In this document: one piece after another, positions 24,522 through 37,076 of the stretch
How the letters are laid out: each line of letters opens with the position of its first letter
Position numbering within the stretch: position 1 is the first letter of the stretch
Assembly (NCBI GenBank): GCA_047495785.1
Contig: JBLDXI010000019.1
Location: 372,001 to 436,000, forward strand
Direction of reading: 5' to 3'
DNA: 64,000 bases
Source of the DNA: Lepidodermella squamata
Taxonomy: Eukaryota > Animalia > Gastrotricha
The notes under the pieces: model-generated
Told to the model about the DNA's origin: nothing
Database searches by the model: none
What the model saw: the letters and a program-made list of their open reading frames with translations, nothing else
Translations under genes and position numbers: made by a program

Positions 24522-25006
24522 AACAGCCTGAAAATCTTGAATTTCCCGCCCAAGCACTCTGTATCGAATATTTTCTTTGACTGATTTTCCTTTGTCCATG
24601 ATGAAGTCTCCAATGTGCAAACATCCGCCCTCTGCAGGCACCCTTTTCTTGAACAATTAAGCGTTTTTTTTTAAGTGAAATATTAAAGAATTCGGACTGA
24701 ATTCGGATTGAATAAACTAGATTTCGGATTTCGGATTGAGAAAAAGAGCAAACAAAAATTATTCATTTTAAAGGAAACTCATATGCGTAGACGATTTTTT
24801 ATTCGTATATTGACTTTGGTTCCTCCTAAAATTCTCGGTTTGACGTATCTTCAAGATCATATATAATTGAATATTAAATTAAATATTGCCTCCACTGCGT
24901 CAACCTGGAGGTCGCTTGAGGGGCTTTATTCATTCGCAACTGTAGGTACAAGAAAAATTGCAGAATAGGCAGTTTTCATAGACGCTTTAAAAATAACTGT
25001 CAGATG

Positions 25007-25230
25007 CTCTTGTTTAGCGCACTTGGTTGTGTCATAGCCGTTATTTTCACAATTCTTCGCGAGTTTCAGGTGTTGATCTTCAAATTCTCAGCCAAGATTC
25101 AGCTACATCGTATCCATTATCGCGTCACTGCTGTGTATCGCCGCTTCTATTGCTCTGGTTATAATCCTTAGAATGCTACGATTCCTCAATCCTATCGATT
25201 ATCGATCAGCATACTATACTACGGATGACT
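25007..25230 (+). pseudogene. 3' fragment of a family gene (copy-9 subtype), copy 8
   Basis: Nucleotide similarity to 26520-26731 (CTTGGTTGTGTCATAGCCGTTAT...ACTACGGATGA), with indels. Confidence 0.65.
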
Positions 25231-26122
25231 ACGGAGAATTGTCCTGCACGATTTTACTGTGAGAATTGTTACTGTCGAAGAGCCGAACAAGTCTGATGCC
25301 TAAAACCTGAAATACGCGATGTAAATCGTGGTGGGCCGATGGAAAAGTTCTTTTTACAAATTTCAGCCTTCAATCAATTTAGGCGTAAATAGGCCGTTTT
25401 AAGAGGCTTCACCTTGCCCTTGAATAGACCTGGACCCGCCCGTCTGGGCCTTTTAATTGTTTCTCGTTTTGCAGCAGTCAGAAATAGGCGATACATAGGG
25501 TCAAGCCAGTGAATGTATCCGAATCTCATCTATTAAGTATAACCAATTTCGGCCTAAATAGTCGGATTCTGACGTCGTTAAGTGCTAAATGCCTGCATCG
25601 ACGCAAGCCATTTCTTATTGAGATGCCTGAAATTGCCGTATTGGTGGTCATAACACGTCCCGCCGCTGAACTGAATTCTATTTTTAGACGTGATTATTAT
25701 AATTATCTATGTTTGGGAAAGCGTTAAGGGTTCGATTCAACGTGCCGCCATCACTATTTTCGACGACCCATCCCAGCAAAACAATTTACATACGGGAAAA
25801 AAGAAATCAGTTAGTGAGCTGATGGGTGTATGCGATATGCGATTCCCTTTGTGCGAATGTTTTCCTCGTTTGCATATGAGAGAAAAAAGTAACGCGTTTG
25901 TGCGAAGAAGTTTATTTTAGCCATCTTGCCACCACGTATATTGCCGCAAATTTCTGTTACAGCACGCATTGATTCACTGTTATTCTCACCAAAAAAACAT
26001 GTTTAATGACAAAGAAATTAAAAAAAGCCTAAGTGGCGATGTTTGCCGCGCTGCCAACGATAATACCCACGTATGAATTGTAATATAAGGATATCAAAAA
26101 GGTTGTTTTTCACATTATCTGA

Positions 26123-26731
26123 ATGGATGAAATGGAGAGAAGCCCTTCAGTGAAGCCGGAAAGCTCTCCCCCGCCCTATCCCAGCCAAACATCCACTAAT
26201 CAGACGCTGGGTCGAGATTCCTCTTCCAACCAACAGGCTGCAATCAATGCGGGGGCTCCGACGACCAATAACATTCCCATTACGTATTCTCATGAACTTC
26301 AGCGATACGCGCAACAATCGACGCAAGATAATAGATGGATAGGATCCGACTCGAGACCAACTTTCAGTGTGCAGAGAACGTTGACGACTGATCCAACGAT
26401 GCGGCAAGTTATCATGATGCCCGCGTCACAGTTTGCCGTTGAACATCCGGATACTAAGGCTAACAATGGCTTAAAGATCGCTGCAATAATCTTGGCTTGC
26501 ATTGCAGTATCAATGGCGGTGCTCTTGCTCACTTCACTCGGATGTGTGCTAGCCGTTATCTGCGCGTTTCTGCCAAGTTTTGGATGTTGTTCATCAAAAT
26601 CTCTCTCAAAATGCAGCTTCATCATATCTATTATCATTTCACTAGTTTGTATTGCTGCTACAATCGCTCTGATTGTAACAGCTTTTAAAACTACAACAAT
26701 TCCCCAGCCATATCAAGAATATTACGGATGA
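26123..26731 (+). CDS. Divergent CD225/dispanin-like membrane protein, copy 9
   Basis: PPPY, low-complexity N-terminus, LKIAAIILAC hydrophobic hairpin, LPSFGCC loop and a TM helix. Confidence 0.8.
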   Translation: MDEMERSPSVKPESSPPPYPSQTSTNQTLGRDSSSNQQAAINAGAPTTNNIPITYSHELQRYAQQSTQDNRWIGSDSRPTFSVQRTLTTDPTMRQVIMMPASQFAVEHPDTKANNGLKIAAIILACIAVSMAVLLLTSLGCVLAVICAFLPSFGCCSSKSLSKCSFIISIIISLVCIAATIALIVTAFKTTTIPQPYQEYYG

Positions 26732-28527
26732 GCGAATCCTGCTAGAGCTCTATTGGACGTTTCAGCTCTACTTAACTTCAACTTCAAATCTCTCAATGGA
26801 AATCATTCTAACCCTCTTATACGAATAATTCCTGACCCAGGCAACTTATAATTCAAACTTATAAACTTGAATACATTTTAGAACATAATCGAATCTCTTT
26901 GATGAAAACCCGTTTGATTTGTAGAGTAAACTGCGAGTTTGTATGAGAGAAGCAAAACAAAAAATTATTTATGATATATTGACGTTTCAGAACTGACAAT
27001 TATGGCTATAACATAAATTGCAATAAATGAAATAGCAAGTCTGATGCCGAAATCAGCTTCTGCTACCACATTCTGCTGATACAACCCTCCAAACAGTATA
27101 TTCCTCAACCTTAACCTCAAATATCCGATTAAAAGTTAAGCTTCAGGAATGATTTGGAGACTTTTTTACAGTTAAAAATATATAGGTACGGACATTTTTT
27201 CTCTGCCTATTAAAATGAGAATGATTTTATTGTTTCACTTCCCAGCGACTGAGCGTCTATACACTTTCGGGTTTTGAGGAAGGCGAAGGCAAGGCAAACC
27301 ACTAGAATTTCAGTCACCCGCCCCCACGTCCGAGAGTATATTGCTTTTGTTTACAATTCAAAATCTTCCGAAGTCGCCATTCGTCTCGATCTAGTGCAGG
27401 TGTTTCGGTCAATGTCCAGTCAACAGTTATTTCGATAATTTCGGTTATATTACTACCATCATTAAGAGGTCTTCTGTCAATATGAACGCCTTCATTTAAA
27501 GCATGCAGACCCTTGACCCTTCTGACGACAAATTCCCTAATCAAGAGTTTTCAGTAACAATAAAGCTGAATGGGTTTGCGAGCATCGAATCCCTTGGACT
27601 ATACAGTAACAGTGTGCCGACAATAGAGATAAATGACACGAAGTAACTTCCTGCATCTCCACCAAGTCAGCCGCGTTCCTGGTCGCTGGAAAAAGCCTGA
27701 TCACCAATGGATAAATTATATTAATACAGGCGGACATCAAAATGAATTCGGAATTTTCGAGGAGCCGAACATGTATGCTGCCAACATAGATCTCTATAGT
27801 TTTAAATTTAAATTTATATTATCGATGGCAATTTAATTTTTAATAAATAAAAAATTTGCTATCGAAAGTAACTATTATGCACACTTATGCTAAACACGTC
27901 ACGTGATTTTTTACGCAAACCCGGGTAACGGGAGCTTCGAAGCCGCTGCGTCCTGATACGTCTCATGATCTAATGCGATGCCGATCTCAGTGTTCAGCTG
28001 CCACGTCTGTACTTTACATGGTACTAGGGGGACTACTTTTTCAACGGTGTTCATGATCGTTTTAAGTATTGCGTGTCGTCAAGCACACATCAGTTCCGAA
28101 CTAGCCCAACTATTATTTCTTGAACACCCTGCATATCGTTTAGCGTCGTTGAATAACTCCGATTTAGGCTTGTTTACATTCGTTGTGGCGAGACGCCTTT
28201 TGTTTTTACTTCTTTATTGACGTCAAACGTCAGTTAAAGGAAGTTTAGAAAGCAGGGAACCAACACGTGATAGGTTACTTCAGCCGTCTTGTATAGGGCA
28301 ACCACGAAATTTTTCCGTAAAGTTTCTGATGCTGCAAGCACGGATTCATTGTGCCCCCCCCCCCCCCCCCCAAATAAAACATGTTTAATGAAAAACCATT
28401 AAAAAAGCCCAGTGGCAAATTCTGTTCCTGCGCTGTTCCCACGTATGAACTTCGAATATGAATCATCAGTCGACTCATATAAGGAGATGAAAACATTTTT
28501 TCACATTATCAATTATCAGAAGACAAA

Positions 28528-29340
28528 ATGCCTAAAGTGAAGAGAAGGTCTTCCCGCTCTTCAGCGAATAAAAGCATTTCCCCGCGGCATCGAACGCGGC
28601 ATCGAACTGAACAGACGCTGGGTCTTCAAATTTTTAACAAACACGCTGCGATCGATTCGAAGGCGCCGCCGACTTTTACCATTCCGGTTTCGTATTCTCA
28701 TGAACGTCCACGATACTCGCGACCAACGAAGTCTGGTACGAGGAAAGGATCCAAGCCGACAGAAACTTTCACTACGCAGACAACGTTGACGACTGATCCA
28801 TCGTTACCGCAAGATTTTACGATGCCCGAATTAGAAGAAGATTCTGTCGAATTGCGGGATAATTCACCCTGCAAAGGCTTACGGATGGCTGCAAGAATCC
28901 TGGCTTACATTTCTGTATTTATGGGGCTGTTCTTGTTCACTTCAATCGGTAATGTCATAGCCGTTTATCTCGCATTTCAGAGACCCCGAAATATATCCAA
29001 ATGCTGGCTACGACTGGCCTACATCACATCCATTATCGTGTCACTAATCAATATCGCCGCTTCAATCAATCTGATTGTTGTGTTTGTCCGGCTATTAAAA
29101 GCAGTAATCAGTTTACTACATGCGTGCACCGAACTAGTTCAGATGGCTAACGACTTGAAAGCGTTACAAGCGTTCGTGTCATTCGAATTGCCGGATTTAC
29201 TTAATGATAATAGTTTACTGTTTGATTCGTTAAGAAATCAATCCTCATGGTTACTGAATATTACGAATCGAACATACACACTGAATGGCAAGGCAAAAAT
29301 GTTTAACAGCAGCTTTAATAATAGCAGCAATTTTATTTGA
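28528..29340 (+). CDS. Divergent family member, copy 10 (basic N-terminus, long C-tail with N-glycosylation sequons)
   Basis: Paralog of copy 9 (IPVSYSHE, TLTTDP, GLRMAARILA, YITSIIVSL). Upstream DNA is homologous to 25950-26120. Confidence 0.78.
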   Translation: MPKVKRRSSRSSANKSISPRHRTRHRTEQTLGLQIFNKHAAIDSKAPPTFTIPVSYSHERPRYSRPTKSGTRKGSKPTETFTTQTTLTTDPSLPQDFTMPELEEDSVELRDNSPCKGLRMAARILAYISVFMGLFLFTSIGNVIAVYLAFQRPRNISKCWLRLAYITSIIVSLINIAASINLIVVFVRLLKAVISLLHACTELVQMANDLKALQAFVSFELPDLLNDNSLLFDSLRNQSSWLLNITNRTYTLNGKAKMFNSSFNNSSNFI

Positions 29341-29389
29341 AATATACCATTCGCTCTAAAAATATAGTGTTAGTACCCATGCTTGGGCA

Positions 29390-29665
29390 ATATTTTACGA
29401 TATAGCACGAGTGTTTCATTCATATCTCGATTCTCGTGCTAGGAATCTCAGATATAAATGAAACACTCGTACTAGGTATATCATACAAATATACGATTTC
29501 CATCACGTCGTTTGACTGAAGTAAATTTATTGCCTGTTCAGTGCTTATGTTGATATATTTGTATGATATATTGCCCGAGTAAAGAGTCTATATCTGAACG
29601 GAGCCGAAGGCGAGTTGAGATGAGTTAATCAAGTACGGCGAGTTCAGATATAGACGATTTACGAA
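29390..29665. repeat. Double-hairpin repeat element
   Basis: ACGAGTGTTTCATTCATATCT / AGATATAAATGAAACACTCGT and GTCTATATCTGAAC / GTTCAGATATAGAC inverted pairs. Confidence 0.55.
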
Positions 29666-30689
29666 TGCTGTATCAAAAAAAGCACATCTACGAACACTTT
29701 ATTTTTAAAACGAATGCTATATTTAATACTTCTAAACTGATACTTTTTCTATAATTGCTGATGCGGTGCTTGCAAGAAATCATTAAATTTATATTCATAA
29801 ATTTCTCGAATCATATATATCTGAGAGCGTTATTCTTTGCCCGTTGCCCGTTTCATCATTAATTTCTAGCTCAGCGCCCGAGCCAGCAATAGCCCGTGTC
29901 GCCTTCCACTGTTGTATAGCTAATAAATTGTTTATCTCATATTATCACGCCCGAAAGGACTATAAAAGCGAAGAAAAATAATGATAAATCATTCAGTTGA
30001 TCTGCTTGAATAACTCGCCTTTTTTATTTGACATTCAGTCTGATTGCGACTATCAGTTAATCCCCGAACCAGGTCAGGGCATACAACCTTCACTTTATTG
30101 CCGCCGAGACCTGTCGATCACGACTGATCGTATGGCCCGGAATAGATGAAACAGGTATGTTTGTGTGCTAGTGCGCGCAAATATGGAAGTTTTGGTCATA
30201 TAGTTTTGAAACGCACTGTAGAACCAGTGATGGCCATCAAAATCTATTCAGAAATGACTAGGAGCCAAACTCCAAGAGGAGCCAAAAGCTTCAGCTGGCA
30301 CAACCATCCAAACCGTAGTAATATTTCTCAACCTCAAAGAATAATTTGGATTCTTTATTACAGAATTTTTGGCGAAAGCACAAAAAATACATATCGCAGC
30401 CAGGATGATGATTCATGACGACCAGCGCATTAATTCAAAAAATGCCAACCTGCGTGGAGTGCGTAAAAAATACGCAAAAAACTGTCGCTCAAGTTATAAC
30501 TCTACTATACGACAAGTAGGCATGAACCTGCCAACATTTTATACTAAACATAAAACTACTCTTATGCTATTTTATAGCGTGCTGCTAAGACATAATATGA
30601 GCCAGCAGAACACACACATACATATGTGTTTCATTGTGTTTGACTAAGGATTTCTCGTTTTTTCACCTGTCAGCTCTCAACTGAGCAGA

Positions 30690-31331
30690 ATGTCTCAGCA
30701 GCCACAGCAGCAGCAAGAGACGAATCCTTCACGAGCTTCCCCTCCCGAAAATGCCCCACCAGGATACCAACAAGCAGTCTCAACGCAACCTTTGCAGCCC
30801 GGCTATGCCCCGAAATATGGCCAACTACCGCCTGTAAACTACAACCAGGTTGCACCTCCGATGTATCAGGATGGTAATACCGCCTATTACCAGCAGCAGC
30901 CAATTGTAGCTCAGCCTTATGCATACGATCCGAATGGCCAGGGCGTCAACCATGTTGTCATCTACCAGCCGGGTACTGCTATGCCCACCCAGGTAATTTA
31001 CGCGGCGAGACCCTCTTTCGACGAACCAACAGACCGGATGCGAAGGGCTGCAGTCGGAATGGCTATCACTGCAATGTGTTGCGGATTCTGGATCTTGTCG
31101 ATTCCTGCTCTAATCTGCGCTTTAGTGCCAAGTTGTGGGACTCACCCGTCGAGTAGACGGTCGCGCGGTTGCTACATCGCTTCAATTGTCTTCTCGGTCT
31201 TGGCCATTATTGGAACAACAATTGCTATCATCCTGATCATTGTTTATCGAAGGAACTACTACACCTACTACTCGAATTCGGCTTACTCAAGAGTCGATTC
31301 CCCGAGTGGTAGCGTATATTTTCAAGGTTGA
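30690..31331 (+). CDS. CD225/dispanin-like protein, copy 11 (most canonical-looking; P/Q/Y-rich)
   Basis: PPGY and PPMY. AITAMCCGFWILSIPALIC resembles the CD225 CC-containing intramembrane segment, followed by SRRSRGCYIASIVFSVLAIIG. Confidence 0.88.
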   Translation: MSQQPQQQQETNPSRASPPENAPPGYQQAVSTQPLQPGYAPKYGQLPPVNYNQVAPPMYQDGNTAYYQQQPIVAQPYAYDPNGQGVNHVVIYQPGTAMPTQVIYAARPSFDEPTDRMRRAAVGMAITAMCCGFWILSIPALICALVPSCGTHPSSRRSRGCYIASIVFSVLAIIGTTIAIILIIVYRRNYYTYYSNSAYSRVDSPSGSVYFQG

Positions 31332-31495
31332 GAATGCACTGACATATATTCAACATGATCCCGATGATAGAACAGTTTTCTGATGCATATTGAATCTCTC
31401 TATCTACATCTACAGCGAAAATTACTTCCGGTTAATTGTTCCTTTATATACTGGTGCCATATTCTTGCATTAAAGTTGATGACACATTTAAATCA

Positions 31496-33001
31496 CTAGT
31501 TTCTTATACCGACGGTTGATTGAGACGAGCGAATACCAGCATACGCCTTCGTGTAGATCTGTTTGAAGAGCGTACCAAAATCAATCCAAAATTTTCCTCT
31601 GTCCATTGCTTCCATGATAGCAATGTTTCGCCTGTTCGCTGCTTCGCTCATTGCCGAAACGAAATTTCCGAGACGAAGGCGACGATCTGTCATTTTCTTC
31701 TCGTCGTGGGCGCAAATATTACTCAAGTAAGCCTCGTACGTTTGGCTGATAGATCGATAGGACGCCACAGCGGAAGGAATAGGGGCTGAATAACCTAAAA
31801 TGAAGGTCAAGTTAAAGATTTTTCAAACAATTTTGAATGAATTTTACCAACCATCGTTCAAAACAACCAAAAATGCGTATAGAAAAGCGATTTCTCCAGC
31901 TGTAGGGTTCCAACTTCGAAACAGCTGGTTCATGTGCCAAGTTTCATTCTCGATGTACTTGTTTAAAACAATAATAACAAATTACTACGGCGCAAGACAT
32001 GCAAATTACCGAGAATTCTGGTGCAACGCGAGCAAGACCTGCGAACTCGGTGTTTTTCACACAAAACATTGGTACATCTGGAGAAGAAACTGCATCGGCT
32101 ATGCAGACTTTCGAGATGCTCAAAGCAAACAGCTCACATCTATCCTGAACACTGATTTTATCGTATCCTGTTACCTAAGGATGAGATTCTGTTGTAGCAA
32201 GTATGGAAGAAATTACCAGGCAACGCTTTCATAAAATTCGCCACGTTGTGGACGTTAGCATCCCAATCTGGTTTGATTGAGCTCCAGAGGTGGACTAAAG
32301 TCGGCAACTCAATGTTCTCTCGCTTTCTATAGCAGAGCTTGGAAAATGGAAAATTGCATAGTTAATAGCGCGTAAAGCTAATATAAGGATAACTCACAGA
32401 TCGCATTTTCTGGGTCATTTCATGAGAATGATCGACTAGATTAGCTAGAGTCTGCTCCATCGCTTTTGGATTCGAAGGATTAGACGGAATTACCGTGATA
32501 GACACATTAACGGATGCCGCCAAGTGATTTGTCATAGGCTCTTTTTCCGAATCCTCTCTCTTCCTTCGAGGTTTTCTCGGTCGTGCTTTGGCTGGACACC
32601 GCATGTTGAGTTCGAAGCATTTTTTCAGGCGACAAGCCGCGCAGATTCCACGCAGTATTGACCCAGCGTTTGAGACACCTATTGCAGGCTTTACGTCTAC
32701 TTCTTGCTTAGTCAAACAGCTGAAACCGCCTCGTTCACATTCCAATTTTCCTCTGTTATCTTTTTGACGTAAGAAGAATCTCTTGAAAATAAATAATTGA
32801 TGATGCTGAAAGTATATTCTCATCGTTTTAGTTACTCTACAGGCCTCGCAAACGTATGCATGGTGGCGTTTGATTTTTGTTGTTAAGACGTCGCAGATCT
32901 GAAGAGAGACATTTATAGTGTGAAATTCTAAATAAAGTCTTAAAGTTGGTTTATACCTGGCAGTTCATCATTTCCAAGCTAGATGAAGAAGCGCTTGTCA
33001 T
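31496..33001 (-). CDS. Divergent nuclear receptor A (C4 zinc-finger DBD plus putative LBD), multi-exon
   Basis: MTSASSSSLEMMNCQ|ICDVLTTKIKRHHAYVCEACR|RFFLRQ...CAACRLKKC assembled across short GT-AG introns. The last exon is within the ORF at 31496-31810. Confidence 0.8.
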
Positions 33002-33654
33002 GCTTGTAGATGTTAGTGTTTTTGAACTGATTCTCCCTAAAGTAACTAGTTCGCACTTTCAACTTTTACTTGCTGGAAATTTGACTAAAATCACGAACTG
33101 AGGCGTTGCTTTCACGGATATACAGTCAGCATCGATCGTGAGAGGTGTCTACAATCCAGGATTCACAAGTCATTACTCTACAAGCTTCTCACGCGCGGAA
33201 ACAGGTAGAGGTTAGTGAAATTCTCTGAAGAACAGTATCTATTATGTGATCAATGTTTTCACACTCCTGAAAATGAGCTTCTAGACAATGTTTCTTAAAC
33301 TAAATGAATTTCTGAAACTTCCTAAATCTAATTACAGGTGAGCGTGAAAAATGCCTATATTTACAATCCTTTTTCGCAGTTAGTTATATGTAATTTATAT
33401 GTGAATTATCTATACTTCACACCTGACAAAAAACTGATCAAGCGCTTCAGTGAGTAATAGTGAATTCCAATAGTCTTTCCTGATCGTTAGAAACAGGTCT
33501 GGGCGATCAGTGTGAGCATTTATTTCGCAAGGCTGACGCATGTGTACTCTTTGTGGAATTTCTTAGACTAGCTAGTGATAAGTAATTAATATCGATCGCA
33601 ATATAAATACGTTACTAAGAGTGTCCTAAGTGAGAAATGTATTGTAGTCACAAT

Positions 33655-35661
33655 TTAGACCAGACACTGATAAATGGTTTTGTTTGCTGCAACATCGAAA
33701 CCAATTGGCCTCCATGGTGCGCTCATCAGTTTGAAATACTCAGCGCCATAAGTGACCGAAGCCATGAAAATAACCAGGATTCCAATTATATTCACCACAA
33801 AACCAGCCTTAACCATGTCCATGATGCGAAATTTGCCAGTCTGAAAGACGAGAGCGTTCGGAGGAGTGGCCACTGGGAACATGAAGGCGAAAGAGGCTGC
33901 AAGAGCTGTTGGAAACATGAACAGCATCGGATTCCCTCCTCGATAATCCGCCTTAACATAGGAAACAATAAATATAATTTCTAATTACTTTCCGAAATAC
34001 ACTTACAAGTCTGTTGAGTATGGGCATCATCAGCGTGACACACGCTGTATTCGACATGAACTCCGTTACGAACACCATGAAAGTCAGCATGACTAGTAGG
34101 GCCACCACGTCGTCCAAAGGTGAAACTAGCTCGTTCAACAATTGAGCTAGGATGTCAGCAAGGCCTGATTTTTCAGCGCCATACGCCGCAGCCATTCCAC
34201 CGCCGATTAGCAGCATTAGTCCGAATGGGAAAGTTCTTTCAGCCTCGACCCAATCTATAGTTGTCCTCGGTGGCACGATCTTTCCTGTAATTCGATCCCT
34301 GTAAGGTAGGGTGATGGGAAAAATAAAAAGACTGAGGGCTACTAAAATGGTAGCTGTTGATTCTTTCACATATCCCGGAGCCATTAGTTCCCATCCGATT
34401 AATGGATCTGTGTTCATTTGTCTTGTTATAAGGAGTCCGATCATGAGTAAACAGTGGGTTAATACGACGCCCTGTTCGAAATCAAACGGAGGCAACTGTT
34501 TGTAGATGTGTTCGATAGTTTGCTCGACCCTCTTTCGATGATCATCCAAAGCAGTGGTACGGCATCCGAAAGCATAGCTGAAGCCGCAAAAGTATATGAG
34601 CAGCCAAAACCACATCAAGGCAAGAAAGAGGAAACTCATAGGCACCGAGAAAATCATCCAGCTTAAACAGAATATTTTCAATTTTCATCTCAGAATTTAG
34701 GTTACAAGTTTTTACCTGAGAAAATTTATAGGAGAAATGCAATCTTTCGCGGCAAAAGCTTTCTCCACTTGCTCTTTCATAATCAAATTAGGCCCAGTGC
34801 CAATAACAGTTGCAGTTCCACCAACTGAAGCACTGTAGGCGATTGCGAGTAGAAGCATGTTTTCGTATTTGTGGTGCTCATATTCTTGCTTCAATTCCGG
34901 GGTGACGACTTTGACTTCGGCAAGACCTTTCTCGGCAGAAAATTCATCAATTGGCATTATTTGAGTCACAACTTTCATCTCTAAACCATCTTCGGTTTCG
35001 TTTTCTCGAGCAAGGGCTGTTTCTAGAGCTTCCCTCAATTCCCCGGTCACTGAGATAACGATTGGAATGAGCAAAACAGTCGTCATAGTATTTGAGCACC
35101 ACATTGAGAGAAACCAAGACGTCACCATAAAACCAGCCAGCAACCACCGTGGTTTCGCCCCAACTATAGTCAACACTTTCAGGGCGAAACGCTTGTGTAA
35201 GCCGACCCTTTCAAAGGCTCCTATTACAAGAATGCTCCCGACAAAGGATATGTTAGACTCAGCCATGTATTGCGGGGCAAGTTCTGAAGCTTTAACAAGA
35301 GACATCATTGGATAGAGGACCATCGGGATTATGGCAGTTATCTGATTTCAAAGAATGATACTAGCATTGATTTATACTATTCAACTTACAGCTAAAGGAA
35401 GAGACTCTGTTGTCCATAGAATAACCATAAGAATGATCACATAAGCACACTTCATTGCGCTCTGAATTCGGAAGTGAATCATTTTTGGAAAGAACTTTCG
35501 ATAAATTCATCGGAACTTACGCTCATTTTCGGGTCGTATTCGAAGCAGAAGCATAGTGGAAGCAAAAGCAAAGGTATCAAAACAATCACAATTGTGTTCC
35601 GAAAGGCCCATACGTATTTCCAGAACAACCTGCAGGTGTCAGACAGTTCAACAGCTGTCAT
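33655..35661 (-). CDS. SLC13: SLC13 sodium:dicarboxylate/sulfate symporter (INDY-like), multi-exon
   Basis: GLHKRFAL, FLSMWCSNT, AYSASVGGTATVIGTGPNL, TEFMSNTA, ASFAFMFPVATPPNA. Confidence 0.93.
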
Positions 35662-36412
35662 TCCTGGCCCTCAAGGTGTGAGATGGTAAATGAGGAAATA
35701 TTTGCGAAAAAGGATCTGAATATGTGCACACCCTTTTAATAGACAATGATTAATGAAGTGTTGTTTCGCGACTTCTGTGAGTGAATGTTCTTACCGTCCT
35801 ATCCTATGTCTGCGCACTTGTTTGAACTGGCTGAGCAAATTATCAGGGCGGAAGACTTGATTAAGATATCACACGATTTTTTTCCTGCTCTAGGAATTGA
35901 GTGCTATCTTTTATCAGCACCCACTTCCGGTATGATATGATTCAACCTAAAGAAATCCATCCAAGAGTCTGGTCCCGTGCCAAAAAGTATGGAGATCGGG
36001 CTCAGCTCGACCAGCATTTAGGGCATCTTCTGTGATTCGGTTCACGACTAGAATGTTTTCATTATCAAATTTCAAATTTTCAAAATTGGAAATCCGCCTT
36101 AAATTTTCTCAGGATTACTTTATCGCGACCAAAGAATGCTGAGAAATAATACTATCCGGAAATTGGAAATAGCCACTCGAGCGTTCAAGAGTGAGCGATC
36201 GATCGGGCGAGTTCGCTCACGGGCAAAAAACTCAGCAAGTATGAAAAGAAAATACAATTCCATGTATTAGTTAGTTCTGGAATCGATAAGCCACAGTTTA
36301 GACTAGTTTTCTTTTGTTGTTGATTTTCTCGGCCATGCACTCACCAGTATTCATCCTTCCCTGACAACCCTAGAAATTAGAGTGTTTTATTTCTGTTTCT
36401 ATGGCATTCAGA

Positions 36413-36982
36413 ATGAGGCCTGAAATGTATTATAGTAATAAAACAATAGATCCACGTTTATTCCGTATGAAAATTGGCGTACCAGTGCCAAGCCGTCCGG
36501 ACCGTTTGGCGACTCTTAGCGCTGTTTTACCGCCTTCACCTAAAAAGGTCCACCACGGGCACTTCGAACCTACACCATTTAATGTTCAAAACTGGACAGA
36601 AAAGTCGCTCGAATCGAGTACATATTCAAATACAAGTCACATTTTCTACTACAACAAGGACGGTCTAACTCTGTATGACATCGACTGTCGAAAGGAGAAA
36701 CGATGTAAAATTGGAGCAATTATAGTATCAATTTTAAGCTTGATACTTACACCTAGTCCCTGCTCGATTGTCGCAGCTGTTATGTCTCTTCTACCTTCAT
36801 TTTGCAGGGTCTACACTCCGATCGGGTTCTACAAGGTTGCAATTTATTTCGCCGCTGCTTCATTTATTATCGGTCTCATAATTATGACCGCTTTATTAGC
36901 TTATTACGCAAATCGTTCGTCTGATGATGCTCTACCGAAATTGCAAAATTCAACTGCGGCAAATATGACAATAAATAACTGA
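36413..36982 (+). CDS. Highly divergent member of the CD225-like family, copy 12
   Basis: Same C-terminal layout (CKIGAIIVSILSLILTPSPCSIVAAVMSLLPSFC, then a TM helix). Closest to 61546-62103. Start is 36413 (after TTCAG) or 36401. Confidence 0.7.
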   Translation: MRPEMYYSNKTIDPRLFRMKIGVPVPSRPDRLATLSAVLPPSPKKVHHGHFEPTPFNVQNWTEKSLESSTYSNTSHIFYYNKDGLTLYDIDCRKEKRCKIGAIIVSILSLILTPSPCSIVAAVMSLLPSFCRVYTPIGFYKVAIYFAAASFIIGLIIMTALLAYYANRSSDDALPKLQNSTAANMTINN

Positions 36983-37076
36983 CCGATATCAGTTAGTGTG
37001 GTTTGTGATAATAAGGTGATAAGAAAGGGTTATTATCAAACACCGACGAAACACAACTAGCCATCAGTTTAGCGTG

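Noticed and set aside
27314-27836. Overlapping short ORFs between copies 9 and 10
   Set aside because: No recognisable motifs or consistent exon structure.
30690-31331. LITAF or CYSTM identity for the PPxY family
   Set aside because: It lacks the paired CxxC/HxCxxC zinc knuckles of LITAF and has two hydrophobic segments, not a single terminal Cys-rich one.
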